32,336 bases of DNA from a virus (lineage: Duplodnaviria; Caudoviricetes). Numbering within the stretch: position 1 is the first letter of the stretch; the number at the start of each line of letters is the position of its first letter. Shown here piece by piece: positions 14,409-24,314 of the stretch. The notes under the pieces are model-generated. The model ran no database searches, had not been told where the DNA came from, and was given only the letters and a program-made list of their open reading frames with translations. The stretch lies in IMG/VR virus record IMGVR_UViG_3300033067_000784, positions 1 through 32,336 of that record; one strand, given 5' to 3'. Both the position numbers and the translations under genes were made by a program.

Positions 14409-16515
14409 CCCACTCCACGAGCAGCCCGTTCGCGTGTGGCTCCGAGTCCACGTCGTCATTCACCTCAAAGTCAACGGTGTTGATGCCCGTCGTGAACCAT
14501 GCCGCGTCGAGCGTGAAGTCATGCTTCAACTCGTGCGAGTCCACGCCGGTCGGAGTTGGCGTCGTGACGCGCAGAGTCCCATTGATGTAAATCGCGAGCG
14601 TCTGATTGTCGCTGCTGACGTTGCCGGTGATGTCATCGGCGAGCGTGCCTTCGACCGTGATGGTCGTCCGGTATCTGCGGATGCCGCCGTAATAGCTGCC
14701 GTGTTCGTCGATGCCAATCCACGCCGCATCAGCCACGGGTGTCGCGTAGTACACAAGGAAGGAGTTGTCTGTCTGCACCACAGCCGGAACGAACACGCCT
14801 GACTCGTTCGCGTTCTCTACGGTCCAGTGCAGATCGCTTCCGAACTCGTCCGATTCTTCGCCCGTGTTCCACGCTTTGAAGCCTTCGCAGAAGTAATCGG
14901 GGTCGCCGGTTTCGCGGTCGGTTTCTGTGAACGTGAACGAATGCTCGGTGAACTGATTCGCGTATCCGAGCGGCGCCGCGTCGTAGCTGCCCAAATCGCC
15001 GGCCGTGACGGGGTGGCCGACGCCGTACCAGATGTCATACCCGCCGCTGCCGATGTACTGATCGCGAGAGGCCGAAGCACTCGACGCGCCGGTCAGCGTG
15101 ATGTCGTACGGGTTGAGCGCTTGGCAGACGGTGGGTGAGCCGATCGGGCAATCGCCCGCGAACTTGACGTAGTAGGTCATCCGCCCCGTCGAGCCGATCG
15201 TGAGTTGCCACAGCGAAGGCCCGAGCCAGCGCAGCGAGACAGCAACAGACGACGAACCCGACGAAGGATGAACCAGTGTCGCGGTCGCGCTCGTGCCGTT
15301 GGTTTCCCATGCCCCCTGATACCACGAGCATTCGGGCACGCCGACCATGACGAGTCGGCCGCTGATCGTTGCATCGTCGTCGCCGTCAACGTCCGAGATG
15401 GTGCCACTGAAATTGAGATAGCGCGGGCAATCGCGAAAGCCCACTTCACGCTCCGTCCACGTCCCGGTGTCCAATGACATCGTGACGTTTCCAGTGGGAC
15501 ACGAGCCGCTTGCCCATGCGTCGGTGTTGCTCGATTGGGGAGTTGCCGGGATCGCGGGGAACGTGCCGCCATTCGTCGGGATGAATCCGCCGCTTGAGGG
15601 TCCGCCGCCAGCGGTCCTGATCTCCGCGAGCCCGTCGCCCGGTGTCGCGTCCGAGTCCTCCACCGCGAACGTGTCGCCGTCCCCGTCGCAGATCGTCGCA
15701 ATGGTGTCGCTGAGTCCGAACACGGTTCCGGCCGCGTACATCGCCCGCGTCTTCGTGGTGATCGATCCTCCGTATTGCTCGGCCACCTTCGTGTGGTCGT
15801 TCACGCCGTCAACGTATTCATTGCTCCGAGCCCAGCCGTCGAGCCGGTTCATCGACCAGGTGTAGCCGCGGATGATCGTGTAGTTGACCGAATAGGAGAA
15901 CTTGTTCGAGCCGGGGATATAGGCGCGGCCGACCGAGAATTGAATCACTTCGTACTCAACCAGCGTGTCGACGATGTTCTGCTCAAAGTCGTATGCGGTG
16001 ATCGTCTCGGTAACGGTGTAGTCGCCGGGGTACGCCGGTGGCGTGACTTCGGGCCCGACAACCCATGTCCCTTTGGCGCGCGTCTGCGGATTGACCGAAC
16101 TGGAAAACGTGACGCCCGTTCCGCCCGTCGCATCAAACGTGTTCGACACGCCGCCGACTGTGATCGTCAGTTTATATCCGGTGTAACCAGCAGACATCAC
16201 CGGGCTTCGGAACGCCTCGTGGTCCACCGCCGCAAAGCTGACCGTGTAGCTCGCGTCAATGATCGGGTCCAGCGTCGAGGCCGCTACCGTGCCGTAGCCG
16301 TTGCCCGCGATCGTGCCGCCTGAGTTGCTGTAGAACTCATACGGGTGGGTTGTGAAGTAGGGGTCGTCACTGTCGTCCACGGACTGAGAGCCCGAGACGC
16401 TGACGCTGTCGAGGTGGGGGAGAACGAAACTCTTCCCGGTGCAGAGCGTGTTGGAACCGCCGCAGCCGGTGTTATCGACGCACGGGGTGCAACATCGTTT
16501 TCGGGAAGCGCTCAT
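14401..16515 (-). CDS. Putative tail fibre / receptor-binding protein
   Basis: 704 aa, Thr/Gly/Ser/Asp-rich beta composition, N-terminal RKRCCTPC, C-terminal jelly-roll-like SDNQTLAIYING...GINTVDFEV; last large gene of the tail operon. Confidence 0.65.
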   Translation of the reverse strand: MSASRKRCCTPCVDNTGCGGSNTLCTGKSFVLPHLDSVSVSGSQSVDDSDDPYFTTHPYEFYSNSGGTIAGNGYGTVAASTLDPIIDASYTVSFAAVDHEAFRSPVMSAGYTGYKLTITVGGVSNTFDATGGTGVTFSSSVNPQTRAKGTWVVGPEVTPPAYPGDYTVTETITAYDFEQNIVDTLVEYEVIQFSVGRAYIPGSNKFSYSVNYTIIRGYTWSMNRLDGWARSNEYVDGVNDHTKVAEQYGGSITTKTRAMYAAGTVFGLSDTIATICDGDGDTFAVEDSDATPGDGLAEIRTAGGGPSSGGFIPTNGGTFPAIPATPQSSNTDAWASGSCPTGNVTMSLDTGTWTEREVGFRDCPRYLNFSGTISDVDGDDDATISGRLVMVGVPECSWYQGAWETNGTSATATLVHPSSGSSSVAVSLRWLGPSLWQLTIGSTGRMTYYVKFAGDCPIGSPTVCQALNPYDITLTGASSASASRDQYIGSGGYDIWYGVGHPVTAGDLGSYDAAPLGYANQFTEHSFTFTETDRETGDPDYFCEGFKAWNTGEESDEFGSDLHWTVENANESGVFVPAVVQTDNSFLVYYATPVADAAWIGIDEHGSYYGGIRRYRTTITVEGTLADDITGNVSSDNQTLAIYINGTLRVTTPTPTGVDSHELKHDFTLDAAWFTTGINTVDFEVNDDVDSEPHANGLLVEWDD

Positions 16516-16539
16516 GAGGGGGAGGCAGGCGGCAGGGAG

Positions 16540-17007
16540 CTAGCAGACGATGTCGTTGGTGCGGTCGAAGAGAAAGACGCGCACGTTGTTTCGGATCTCG
16601 GGCCATGCTCGGACGATCGAACCCGTCGCAATCACGAGCAGCGAAGAGATGCCCGACATGCCACCGAGCGAGATCGATTCGAAGGTATTGCGCAGGTCAA
16701 ACTGAGTCGTGTCTACAGTCTTCACTAACCCCGTGAGTGATGAGGTATCGCCCGACTTCATCACGCGGCCCTTGTAGTTCCATTGGTTCGTCCCGACTGA
16801 TGAGGCGGACTGAATCTCAAACCAGAAAGAACCGTCCGCATTCGGGGTGACGCCTTTGGGCAGTTGCTGCGCCGGGGTTTCGTTGCGCGTCGGCTGCGCC
16901 TGCGCGATGAGCGTTTGCAGGTTGGGCTTGAGGGATGCCCATGCCTTCACGATCTCGCGCAGGATCAATGCCTGCTCTTGTGTGACGTAGAGGGGCTGAG
17001 ACTTCAT
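16540..17007 (-). CDS. Putative tail tip protein
   Basis: Position in the tail operon; coupled start. Confidence 0.55.
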   Translation of the reverse strand: MKSQPLYVTQEQALILREIVKAWASLKPNLQTLIAQAQPTRNETPAQQLPKGVTPNADGSFWFEIQSASSVGTNQWNYKGRVMKSGDTSSLTGLVKTVDTTQFDLRNTFESISLGGMSGISSLLVIATGSIVRAWPEIRNNVRVFLFDRTNDIVC

Positions 17008-18107
17008 CAGAGGGGAAGCGGATTAGGTGGGGAGGAGAGCGTGAAAAGGTCGGTCCAATCCAAGCGCGGGTAGTCTTGGAAGAGCCACATCGGGTTCGTG
17101 GTGGTCGAGTATGGCGACTCGGTCGCTTCCATGCCGGTCGCGTAGCTGCCGCCGATGAGCCATTGCGTCGCGTCCGGGTTGAAGTAGGGATCGAAAATCC
17201 GTTTGCCTTCAAAGTCGCGGACGTAGATTTGTGCCTCGGTCGCAGGTCGATCGACAGGGAGTCCGGTGCCGTCGAGTTGCACGTCATCCGCATCGCCCAG
17301 AACGTGGTTCCCAGCGCTCGCCGCAGTGGTCCCCGTCGCGTAACAGAATCGCCCGCGCACGGGCTTGGACGTGGTCGGGTCGATATACCAACCACGATTA
17401 CCTATATCGAGCCGATGCGAGTCGAAGGGGTAGCCGCTGATTGGCGGGTCTGATGGGTGAGCGGGCTCGCGAGCGCGCTCATCAACTGCAACCTCAATCG
17501 CGTATTCCATGAGCAGGTAATCCGCGTCGCCTTCGAATCCGCCCGAGGGTTTGATGCCCAGGCAACACGCTTCGCCGGGTGCAATGACGACAGGCCCGAG
17601 ACTGATCTGATTCGCGTTGACCGTGTTCCCAAACTTGTTGCACTTCGCCAGATCCCAAAAGCGTTCATAGCGCGTGCCGACCAGCACGATGCGCCGATAC
17701 TTCTTCGGAGTGGGTGGGAAGAAGTCACCCGCGGAGTTCTTTTTCGGCCGGCGCTTTACGTCGACTTCGCTCGGACGTTCGATGTACGACTCTTGGACCG
17801 TCCATTGAAAGGGCCGAAGAAGCGGATCATCACCGGGGTCGGGGAAGTTGCCAGAGCCGGGAATCGCGTAGGTGAGCACCGCGAGCCATTGGGTCGGCCC
17901 GTTGAAACTGCTGAATTGAATGTCTCGCCGCTTGTAGCGCGGGTCTTCCGAGAGCGCCGCGTTGCGAGCAGGCAGGCCGGGAGCGGTCGCAGCCTCTGCA
18001 CGGTTCGCCGCATCGACGATGTGATAAGCGTCGGTGTAGACCTTGTTACCGTTGGCGTCTTCGCCCACGGCTTTCTTCGACCACATTTGAGAGACGATTG
18101 CTGCCAT
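17007..18107 (-). CDS. Putative distal tail / hub protein
   Basis: 366 aa, immediately after the tape measure gene. Confidence 0.6.
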   Translation of the reverse strand: MAAIVSQMWSKKAVGEDANGNKVYTDAYHIVDAANRAEAATAPGLPARNAALSEDPRYKRRDIQFSSFNGPTQWLAVLTYAIPGSGNFPDPGDDPLLRPFQWTVQESYIERPSEVDVKRRPKKNSAGDFFPPTPKKYRRIVLVGTRYERFWDLAKCNKFGNTVNANQISLGPVVIAPGEACCLGIKPSGGFEGDADYLLMEYAIEVAVDERAREPAHPSDPPISGYPFDSHRLDIGNRGWYIDPTTSKPVRGRFCYATGTTAASAGNHVLGDADDVQLDGTGLPVDRPATEAQIYVRDFEGKRIFDPYFNPDATQWLIGGSYATGMEATESPYSTTTNPMWLFQDYPRLDWTDLFTLSSPPNPLPL

Positions 18108-18110
18108 GGT

Positions 18111-19592
18111 TTAAAGGCTGATGCCGCCCGTGAGAGAGCCGAGCGCGTTCTGCCCGATGAGTTGGGTAAGCTTCTTGAGTTCGTCCGCAGTGATCTTGGT
18201 GTTCTCTGCCGTCTTGCGGTTGAAGTCCTCGATTGACTTGGACTGATTGAAGAATCCGGTTTGCCCGCGGCCGTCGAAGTTGGAGGTTCGGGCGCCTTGC
18301 TGGGTTTCGAATCCGCGAATACGGGCCGCGTCTTCACGCTCGCGAGCCGCGGTCTGCTGTTGCATCCGGGCCGCCGCGATCTGTTCGTTCGCGTCGCGAA
18401 TCCGCCGTTCGATCTCCGTCCCCGCCCTTGCGTTGATCGCCCGCTCGCGGATGTCGGACCCAATCTGTTCGGTGCCGATCGCACCCTGCAACGCCCGGAT
18501 ACGCTCTGCGCGGCCGGTGGGAGAGAAACTCGGATCATTCCGCACGTCTTCAATCTGCGCCTGAATGTCCTGAATCGTTTCCTTTGTGCGGTCTCGCAGC
18601 CGCTGGATCTCGCCGCGTGGCCCTTCCATCAGTTCGCCGATGAGCCCTGCGCGGGATCGATCCTGATTGGCGTAAATCTTCTGCGTCTCGCGGGCTTCGT
18701 CCAGGAGTTGCTTCGCGTACTCCTGCTGCCTCTTGATCTTGTCCGCGAGCGCCTTTGCTTCCTGATCTGCGCGTTCGCGGTCGAGTGTTGCGAGCTTCTG
18801 ATTCGTGTCTGCCTTGATCGCGAGTTCGTCGTTCGCGAACCGCTTTTCCTCCTCTACGCTGATGCCGCCATTGTTAGCCGCCCACTTCCGCCTCCGATCC
18901 ATGATCTCTTCGAGCTTGGCGTTCTGATCCGTTTCGATCTTCTGCCGCTCGCTCATGCCCAGTCGCGCGATGCGGTTCGATTCCTCCTGATCCTTTTTGT
19001 TGTCCTCAATCTGTTTGCGGATGATCCTCGTACGCGCGTCGAGTGCGTCGGATTGTTGTTGAGCTGAGTCATCTCTGCCTAGTTCGTTTCCAACGCCGCC
19101 GAGAGCCGAAAAGATACCGATGCCAGACGCCGCCTTACCAACCAGCATTGCACGCCGGCCAGCCGTAGCGGTGTCGAGCCCGACCATTGCCGCCGTTGCT
19201 CTTGCCAGTCCAGTCGTCAGAGAATCGACGCCGGCGCGAACGCTGCTGAAGATCGGTAGCTTCGACCCAATTCTGTCGAGCGCGTCCGCAAAGCCATCTC
19301 CCTTGTCTACCGCCTCATTCAACCCATCGCCAAGCATCTTCGCCGTGCGGCTTGCGCCTTCGACCACCGCGAGCCCGACGCCGATCTTGCCGATCGTACC
19401 CAGGCCCTTATCCATGCCCTCAAACACGTCCGAGAGTTCACGGAAGATGCCGACGCCGCTGATCTTGCCGAGCGTCTTGAGCTTCTTATCGAGCCCGTCG
19501 ACGCGCCGATCTACCTTGCCCAGCGCATCGGTTGCCCCTGCATCTTGGGCGCCCAGGATGAGCGTCAGTTTCTTTTTGATTTCGTCGAACAT
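18111..19592 (-). CDS. Tape measure protein (short, 493 aa)
   Basis: Follows the frameshifted chaperone; Gly/Ala-rich amphipathic N-half and coiled-coil C-half. Confidence 0.8.
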   Translation of the reverse strand: MFDEIKKKLTLILGAQDAGATDALGKVDRRVDGLDKKLKTLGKISGVGIFRELSDVFEGMDKGLGTIGKIGVGLAVVEGASRTAKMLGDGLNEAVDKGDGFADALDRIGSKLPIFSSVRAGVDSLTTGLARATAAMVGLDTATAGRRAMLVGKAASGIGIFSALGGVGNELGRDDSAQQQSDALDARTRIIRKQIEDNKKDQEESNRIARLGMSERQKIETDQNAKLEEIMDRRRKWAANNGGISVEEEKRFANDELAIKADTNQKLATLDRERADQEAKALADKIKRQQEYAKQLLDEARETQKIYANQDRSRAGLIGELMEGPRGEIQRLRDRTKETIQDIQAQIEDVRNDPSFSPTGRAERIRALQGAIGTEQIGSDIRERAINARAGTEIERRIRDANEQIAAARMQQQTAAREREDAARIRGFETQQGARTSNFDGRGQTGFFNQSKSIEDFNRKTAENTKITADELKKLTQLIGQNALGSLTGGISL

Positions 19593-19594
19593 GC

Positions 19595-19912
19595 TTAGGT
19601 GTCTTGCTTACGGATGTCCGCGAGGGATTGATTCCAGCACCGCAACGCCTGCCGAAAGTTGTCCGCCTGATCCAGCACGCCGCCCGCTACGGGCCAGTCA
19701 TGCTTTTCCGCGAACTGCAGGAGTTCGATCAGGTCGGCCACGTCTCGGCCTATCCACTTGTGCGGGCAATCGGTGATCGTGACAGGGGGACGGCCGTTCT
19801 CGTCGTCGCGCAGAATCAGGGGGCTGGATTCGTCGGGTTTGTCGCTGCAACCGCCGACGCATCCTGCGCAGATTTGGCCGGTGTAAATCGAAGCAGCGAC
19901 GAAGATTTTCCC
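19595..19912 (-). CDS. -1 frameshift extension of tail assembly chaperone (gpGT-like; absent from the ORF track)
   Basis: Slippery G GGA AAA at 19912-19906; the -1 frame is open (GKIFVAASIYTGQIC...WPVAGGVLDQ...KQDT) to TAA 2 nt before the tape measure ATG. Confidence 0.85.
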   Translation of the reverse strand, partial: GKIFVAASIYTGQICAGCVGGCSDKPDESSPLILRDDENGRPPVTITDCPHKWIGRDVADLIELLQFAEKHDWPVAGGVLDQADNFRQALRCWNQSLADIRKQDT

Positions 19913-20214
19913 CGGTCGATCTCCGACAGGTCGAGAACGTCCCGATAGTTGACCGCGAGGGTCGCGAGTTCGCGCGGGGTGAGTTTGTCGAGGACTTCGT
20001 CAGGGTTCACGATGCCCATGCGAATCGCCTCTTCGCACGCCTCGCTCACGCCTTCGTCCTCGGGGAACTTCCCGATCACCTTGTCCTCGAGCAGCGCGTT
20101 CAACTTCTTTCGTTCACGCCAAGTGAGGAAGCGGGCTTTGAGCGGGATCGTTTTCCCGGTGACGGTCTGCGCGTCAAACTCTACGGTTGCGGTGGGGTCT
20201 GCTGAAATGCTCAT
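19816..20214 (-). CDS. Tail assembly chaperone (gpG-like)
   Basis: Between tail tube and tape measure genes; contains the RGK slippery site. Confidence 0.8.
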   Translation of the reverse strand: MSISADPTATVEFDAQTVTGKTIPLKARFLTWRERKKLNALLEDKVIGKFPEDEGVSEACEEAIRMGIVNPDEVLDKLTPRELATLAVNYRDVLDLSEIDRGKSSSLLRFTPAKSAQDASAVAATNPTNPAP

Positions 20215-20222
20215 GGGTTGGA

Positions 20223-21140
20223 TTAGAGGAATGAAATCGTCGGGCCGGTGTCGTCGTTGAAATCGAGGTTGAGGCCGCGGGTAACAAGCCGGCCGCGTTC
20301 GCCCCAGCTTGGAGCGCTCGAATGCGTCGCCTTGCTCGCGTTGATGTCAATCGCGGTACCGCCTGTGCCGCTGCCCATCTTGAGCTGCACCGCACGTTCT
20401 GCGTTGGCGGTCCAGTCGCCGTCGAAGTCGATCACGCTCATGGCTTCGCCGTAGGGCTCGCAAGTCATGATCGGATTGAAGTCGCTGACACAGAACTGCC
20501 GGAATCCGTCTGTCGATGCATCCTCGATCGGCTGCACCACTTGGCCCCAATCGATCACGCCGGATGGGCCAGTGAGCGTTACCGCGCCGCTGCCGTTGTG
20601 ATACGTGAAGACGGTCGCGCCCAGGAGCGGCTGAGTCGTGACGAGCGTAGGCGAAATGTTCGACGTTTCCGCGACAGGGTTTGCGATGCCCGTAAACGTG
20701 AAGTTGAAATAGCTGATGCCGCCCGCGTTGTACGTGAGCCGCACCGCGCCGGCCGCACCATGGATCAGGCGATACTGCCCATCGATGAACGATTTGAGGG
20801 TGAGCGTCTTCTGGTTGGCATAGACGCGGGTGTAGGTGTAGACGCCTGCGGATGCGGCAAAGCCACACGCAGGCAGGTACAGCGCCGCCCACGCAGGATC
20901 ACCCGCCGAGCCCAGACCCATCGCTTCGACGTCGAAAGACATCTGCGCAATGAGCGGACCACGCCGGCCTTTGAGCTTACCGCCGCTCACGTTCTCTCGC
21001 CGAGTGTATGTCGTGTTCTCGGTGTAGGTGAGATTGAACACGGGAACGGTTGCCTCTGCGGCGGTGATCGCTTCGGCAGTGCCCGCGGTCGTTTCGATCT
21101 TGGCGCCCAGCACGCGCAGGCGGTTGCATTTGTAAGCCAT
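20223..21140 (-). CDS. Major tail tube protein
   Basis: 305 aa beta-rich, LGAKIETTAGT N-terminus, canonical position. Confidence 0.75.
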   Translation of the reverse strand: MAYKCNRLRVLGAKIETTAGTAEAITAAEATVPVFNLTYTENTTYTRRENVSGGKLKGRRGPLIAQMSFDVEAMGLGSAGDPAWAALYLPACGFAASAGVYTYTRVYANQKTLTLKSFIDGQYRLIHGAAGAVRLTYNAGGISYFNFTFTGIANPVAETSNISPTLVTTQPLLGATVFTYHNGSGAVTLTGPSGVIDWGQVVQPIEDASTDGFRQFCVSDFNPIMTCEPYGEAMSVIDFDGDWTANAERAVQLKMGSGTGGTAIDINASKATHSSAPSWGERGRLVTRGLNLDFNDDTGPTISFL

Positions 21141-21153
21141 TGGGAATCTCCGA

Positions 21154-21624
21154 TTAAGTCAGTGAATAGGGGTTGGTCGCGGAGCAAAAGAAGTTCACAT
21201 CGACGATGAGGTCCGCGCCGGGGATCGCTTCCTCGAATCCGAACTTGGGCGCCGTGATGATGGAGTCAGCCGCGAGCCCGCCCCATTGCCGGTTTGCTTC
21301 GATGACCTTCGTGATGTCCGCGAGCGCCCGCGCTTGGATCGCATCGGGTGGAATCGTGTCGCGAGCCGATGCCCGCAGTGTCACGAACACGCCCACGAGC
21401 ATGTTGTAAAACGCCCTGTCACCGAACCCCGATGAATAGTCGCGGGTGGGAGCACGGGAGACGACTTCGATAAAGGCGTCCTTGTTGTCGCTGATGGTGG
21501 GATTGCCAGCCACTTGGACGCGCTCGACGCCGACCGACACGTTGTAGGTCGGACGCTGAATCGTCTTCAGTTCGGTCACGATCGCTTGCACGATCTGTTC
21601 GCCGATGGTTTCAGTGATTGGCAT
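21154..21624 (-). CDS. Tail terminator-like protein
   Basis: EQIVQAIVTELKTI...WGGLA; position before the tail tube gene. Confidence 0.65.
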   Translation of the reverse strand: MPITETIGEQIVQAIVTELKTIQRPTYNVSVGVERVQVAGNPTISDNKDAFIEVVSRAPTRDYSSGFGDRAFYNMLVGVFVTLRASARDTIPPDAIQARALADITKVIEANRQWGGLAADSIITAPKFGFEEAIPGADLIVDVNFFCSATNPYSLT

Positions 21625-22326
21625 TTAGTCTTGGTCCGTTTCGCCCAGGAGCGCGGGGAGCGACTTGATGCGGCCGTCAGTGAAGCGGGAGATTTGGTTT
21701 CCGAACTCTTCCCGAAACAGCTCGCCTAGGTTCTGCAGGAGGGGTGCGAGGACGTCGTCTTTCTTGACTCTCTGGAATGGCGTCGGGCCGGTGCGCTCTT
21801 CCATTGGAATGCGCCACATGATGCCCTTCGCGTTTTTCCCGATCTTGTATTTCTTGCCGCGATAGTCGTACGTCTGTCCCAATCGAGACGTGACATTCTT
21901 TCTGCGGGAGAAGATGCCGACGTGTGCGACAGCCTGCGCGAGCTGTGCTTTCGATGAGACGGATTCCTTGAAGGCGTGTCGCAGCGTCAACCGTGGCTTC
22001 TTCTTGTCGAGCTTGACCGTGATCCCTTTGGCCGTTTCGCTGTTGGGGAACTCCGCGAGCGGAATCGGCTTGTCTCTCGTGACGATCGATCCGGTCTGGG
22101 TCGATTTGTCGAAGGTCGCTTTGATCGCCGCGTCACTCGATTTCGGGTCGTCGATGAACTTCTTCCGGATCGGCAGGGCTTCGCGCACCACGTCGCCGGC
22201 CATCACTCGCCCTCTGCGGGTGGTGCGCTTTGTCGCCTGAAACATCGCCTGCCTGTATTGCTTCGGGTCGAGGACCGCCCGCACGGCGAGGACTTCGCGA
22301 TCTAGTAGGCCGATTGAAACTTGCAT
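21625..22326 (-). CDS. Minor tail / tail completion protein (lambda gpZ-like)
   Basis: Basic protein with IPLAEF, GITVKL, LRHAF, GIFSR, PMEERTGP. Confidence 0.65.
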   Translation of the reverse strand: MQVSIGLLDREVLAVRAVLDPKQYRQAMFQATKRTTRRGRVMAGDVVREALPIRKKFIDDPKSSDAAIKATFDKSTQTGSIVTRDKPIPLAEFPNSETAKGITVKLDKKKPRLTLRHAFKESVSSKAQLAQAVAHVGIFSRRKNVTSRLGQTYDYRGKKYKIGKNAKGIMWRIPMEERTGPTPFQRVKKDDVLAPLLQNLGELFREEFGNQISRFTDGRIKSLPALLGETDQD

Positions 22327-22820
22327 TACGGGGCCGCGTTCTCGCGAAGGATGACCGTTACGATGAGCCCGGTTGGAAGCGTGCCGCCGCCCGCCGTGGC
22401 CACGATCACGAGCTCGAGGAAGTTGTCCGCGGAGTAGGTCGTCACGCTGAGCGAGCCCGCCTCGGACGTTCTCGCGGTGTTCGCGTTGTCGAGCGTGATC
22501 ACGCCCGATAGGCAGGTGGTGCCGCCCTTCTTCAAGTCAACCGTCACCGTTGCCGCGCCGACTGCGGCTGCGATCGATGCCGCCTTGATGCTCACGATCG
22601 TTCCCGCGCCGTATGCGATGTGTAGGGGAATCGTCGCACTCGCCGCCGTGCCGTTCTGCGTGTACGACAACGCGAACTGATGTTCTAGCTTGGTCGCTGC
22701 GATCGCTGCCGTCGATGAAACGGATGCGTTTGTGACTGTCAGTGCAGACGGGGTGAGAGATCCGCCCGTGACGGTTCCGGTCACATGCAAGTCGCCTTGA
22801 ATTACTGTTGGTGCAGCCAT
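22326..22820 (-). CDS. Putative virion structural protein (neck / decoration)
   Basis: Thr/Ala-rich beta protein within the head-tail joining cluster. Confidence 0.6.
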   Translation of the reverse strand: MAAPTVIQGDLHVTGTVTGGSLTPSALTVTNASVSSTAAIAATKLEHQFALSYTQNGTAASATIPLHIAYGAGTIVSIKAASIAAAVGAATVTVDLKKGGTTCLSGVITLDNANTARTSEAGSLSVTTYSADNFLELVIVATAGGGTLPTGLIVTVILRENAAP

Positions 22821-22832
22821 TGTGTTTGTCCT

Positions 22833-23186
22833 TTAGAGCAGCAGGATCCAGCCGCCCGCGTCCTGAGATTCGATGTCTTTGATCGCTCGCTGTTGAACTT
22901 CGCCGCCCGCCGTCGAGGCGATCTCGATCGTGTCGCCGGGGCTGTCCACGCTCGTGAGTTGGTCGACTCCGTCCTGATCGCAGCGGGAGATGTGGACTCG
23001 GATCACCGCCATGGGTGCCCCGGTGTTTTTGTCCATTGCCATCGCGTTGCGTTCGACGTTCGCGTTGAGGCGAATCCGCGGGCCGCCGCGCTTGCAGTAG
23101 GTCAGCCGTTCCATCCCGACCATTCCGTCCAGGTTGGAAAAGGCCATGCCGTCCGTGATTGCGTGTACGTCATCCATCAAGCCCAT
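22833..23186 (-). CDS. Head-tail joining (head closure-like) protein
   Basis: 117 aa ending GDTIEI...QDAGGWILLL; position. Confidence 0.6.
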   Translation of the reverse strand: MGLMDDVHAITDGMAFSNLDGMVGMERLTYCKRGGPRIRLNANVERNAMAMDKNTGAPMAVIRVHISRCDQDGVDQLTSVDSPGDTIEIASTAGGEVQQRAIKDIESQDAGGWILLL

Positions 23187-23658
23187 GGCGTGTTACCTCG
23201 ATCCCCTGTCTGCCGAGCCATTCCCGCATCTGTTCGAAGTGCTGCTGCTCGCGTTCGAATCGCGTCGCGGAGTGGTCCGCGTCAACGCCCGCCCTGCCAC
23301 CGATTCCGCTTTGCCCGATCGCCCAATCGCAGCCGTAGATGTCGATCGACGTCGCCCCGAGATGTGCGGCCAGAGCCATCGCACCGGGGAGTGTGAAGTA
23401 ACTGCGGGCCGCGTTCGGAAACGGGTAGACGTCTTCGAATGTGACCGCGCCGGTTCGCCGGTTCTCGGCCCGCGTGAACAACTGCGGTTCGCCTTGAACC
23501 AGGTTGTCAATCGCGGAGATCAGCGGAGCGTCGAGGACTGCCCACCAGTCGCAGGCGAAACGAGTTGCCGCCCGGTTGACTGCAATTGATGCGTCGCACG
23601 TCGGAACATTCACGAGCCGCGAGAGACTGGGGCCAGGGCAGAGAATGCATGTCTGCAT
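23170..23658 (-). CDS. Maf/DUF115- or sialyltransferase-like glycosyltransferase
   Basis: CILCPGPSL, IAVNRA, WWAVLD, LAAHLGATSIDIYGCD match the motifs shared by Maf and CstII-like folds. Confidence 0.65.
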   Translation of the reverse strand: MQTCILCPGPSLSRLVNVPTCDASIAVNRAATRFACDWWAVLDAPLISAIDNLVQGEPQLFTRAENRRTGAVTFEDVYPFPNAARSYFTLPGAMALAAHLGATSIDIYGCDWAIGQSGIGGRAGVDADHSATRFEREQQHFEQMREWLGRQGIEVTRHGLDG

Positions 23659-24314
23659 AGAGCGAGTTCGTAATCTTCCCGCGTGTCGATGTCCGTCGAT
23701 TCAATCTCGGTCATCGCGTACAGGAACGGCTTTCGGCCAAAGAAGTATTGATTCGCCAACATCTGCCCGCGCGTCTGAATGAAGATGGCCCCGTTCTGAA
23801 ACGCGATCGGTTTCAAGTCTCGGGCCGGTGCATGACGTGCCGCCCATGGGTCGTAATTGAACGGCTGGCCATCAATCCACGCATGACGTTGCACGAACTG
23901 CACGCTGCACAGACTGTCGAACTTCGGCGGGATCAGGTTCGAGTTGCGGTAAATATCTAACGCTTCGTCATAGGTTCGGGCCGACACGAGCGGGTTTGTC
24001 GGGTGAGCCCACAGGATGACATCGGACGCATCGCCGCCGACTTTCTCTGCCAGGTCCGCGAGCATCTCGTTTGCGGTGCATCGCGATTCGTCGCAGTGGT
24101 AGTCGTCTCGCTTGATCGCTTCCGCGCCGTGTGCCGACCCTTCCGCGAGGATCGAGTCATCATCGCTGCCGACGACAACCCGCGTCACAAGCCGACACGC
24201 CTTGAGGGTGTCGATCTTGTGCCCGATCAGGGTGGTCCCCGCGAACGGGAGGAGCGCCTTGCCTGGTAGGCGAACGCTGCCGCCTCGGGCTGCGACTATG
24301 GCTGTGACGTTCAT
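23610..24314 (-). CDS. Acylneuraminate cytidylyltransferase (NeuA/PseF-like CMP-nonulosonate synthetase)
   Basis: AIVAARGGSVRLPGK, VVVGSDDDSI, HPTNPL, QNGAIFI, STDIDTREDY. Confidence 0.9.
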   Translation of the reverse strand: MNVTAIVAARGGSVRLPGKALLPFAGTTLIGHKIDTLKACRLVTRVVVGSDDDSILAEGSAHGAEAIKRDDYHCDESRCTANEMLADLAEKVGGDASDVILWAHPTNPLVSARTYDEALDIYRNSNLIPPKFDSLCSVQFVQRHAWIDGQPFNYDPWAARHAPARDLKPIAFQNGAIFIQTRGQMLANQYFFGRKPFLYAMTEIESTDIDTREDYELALCRHAFSALAPVSRGS

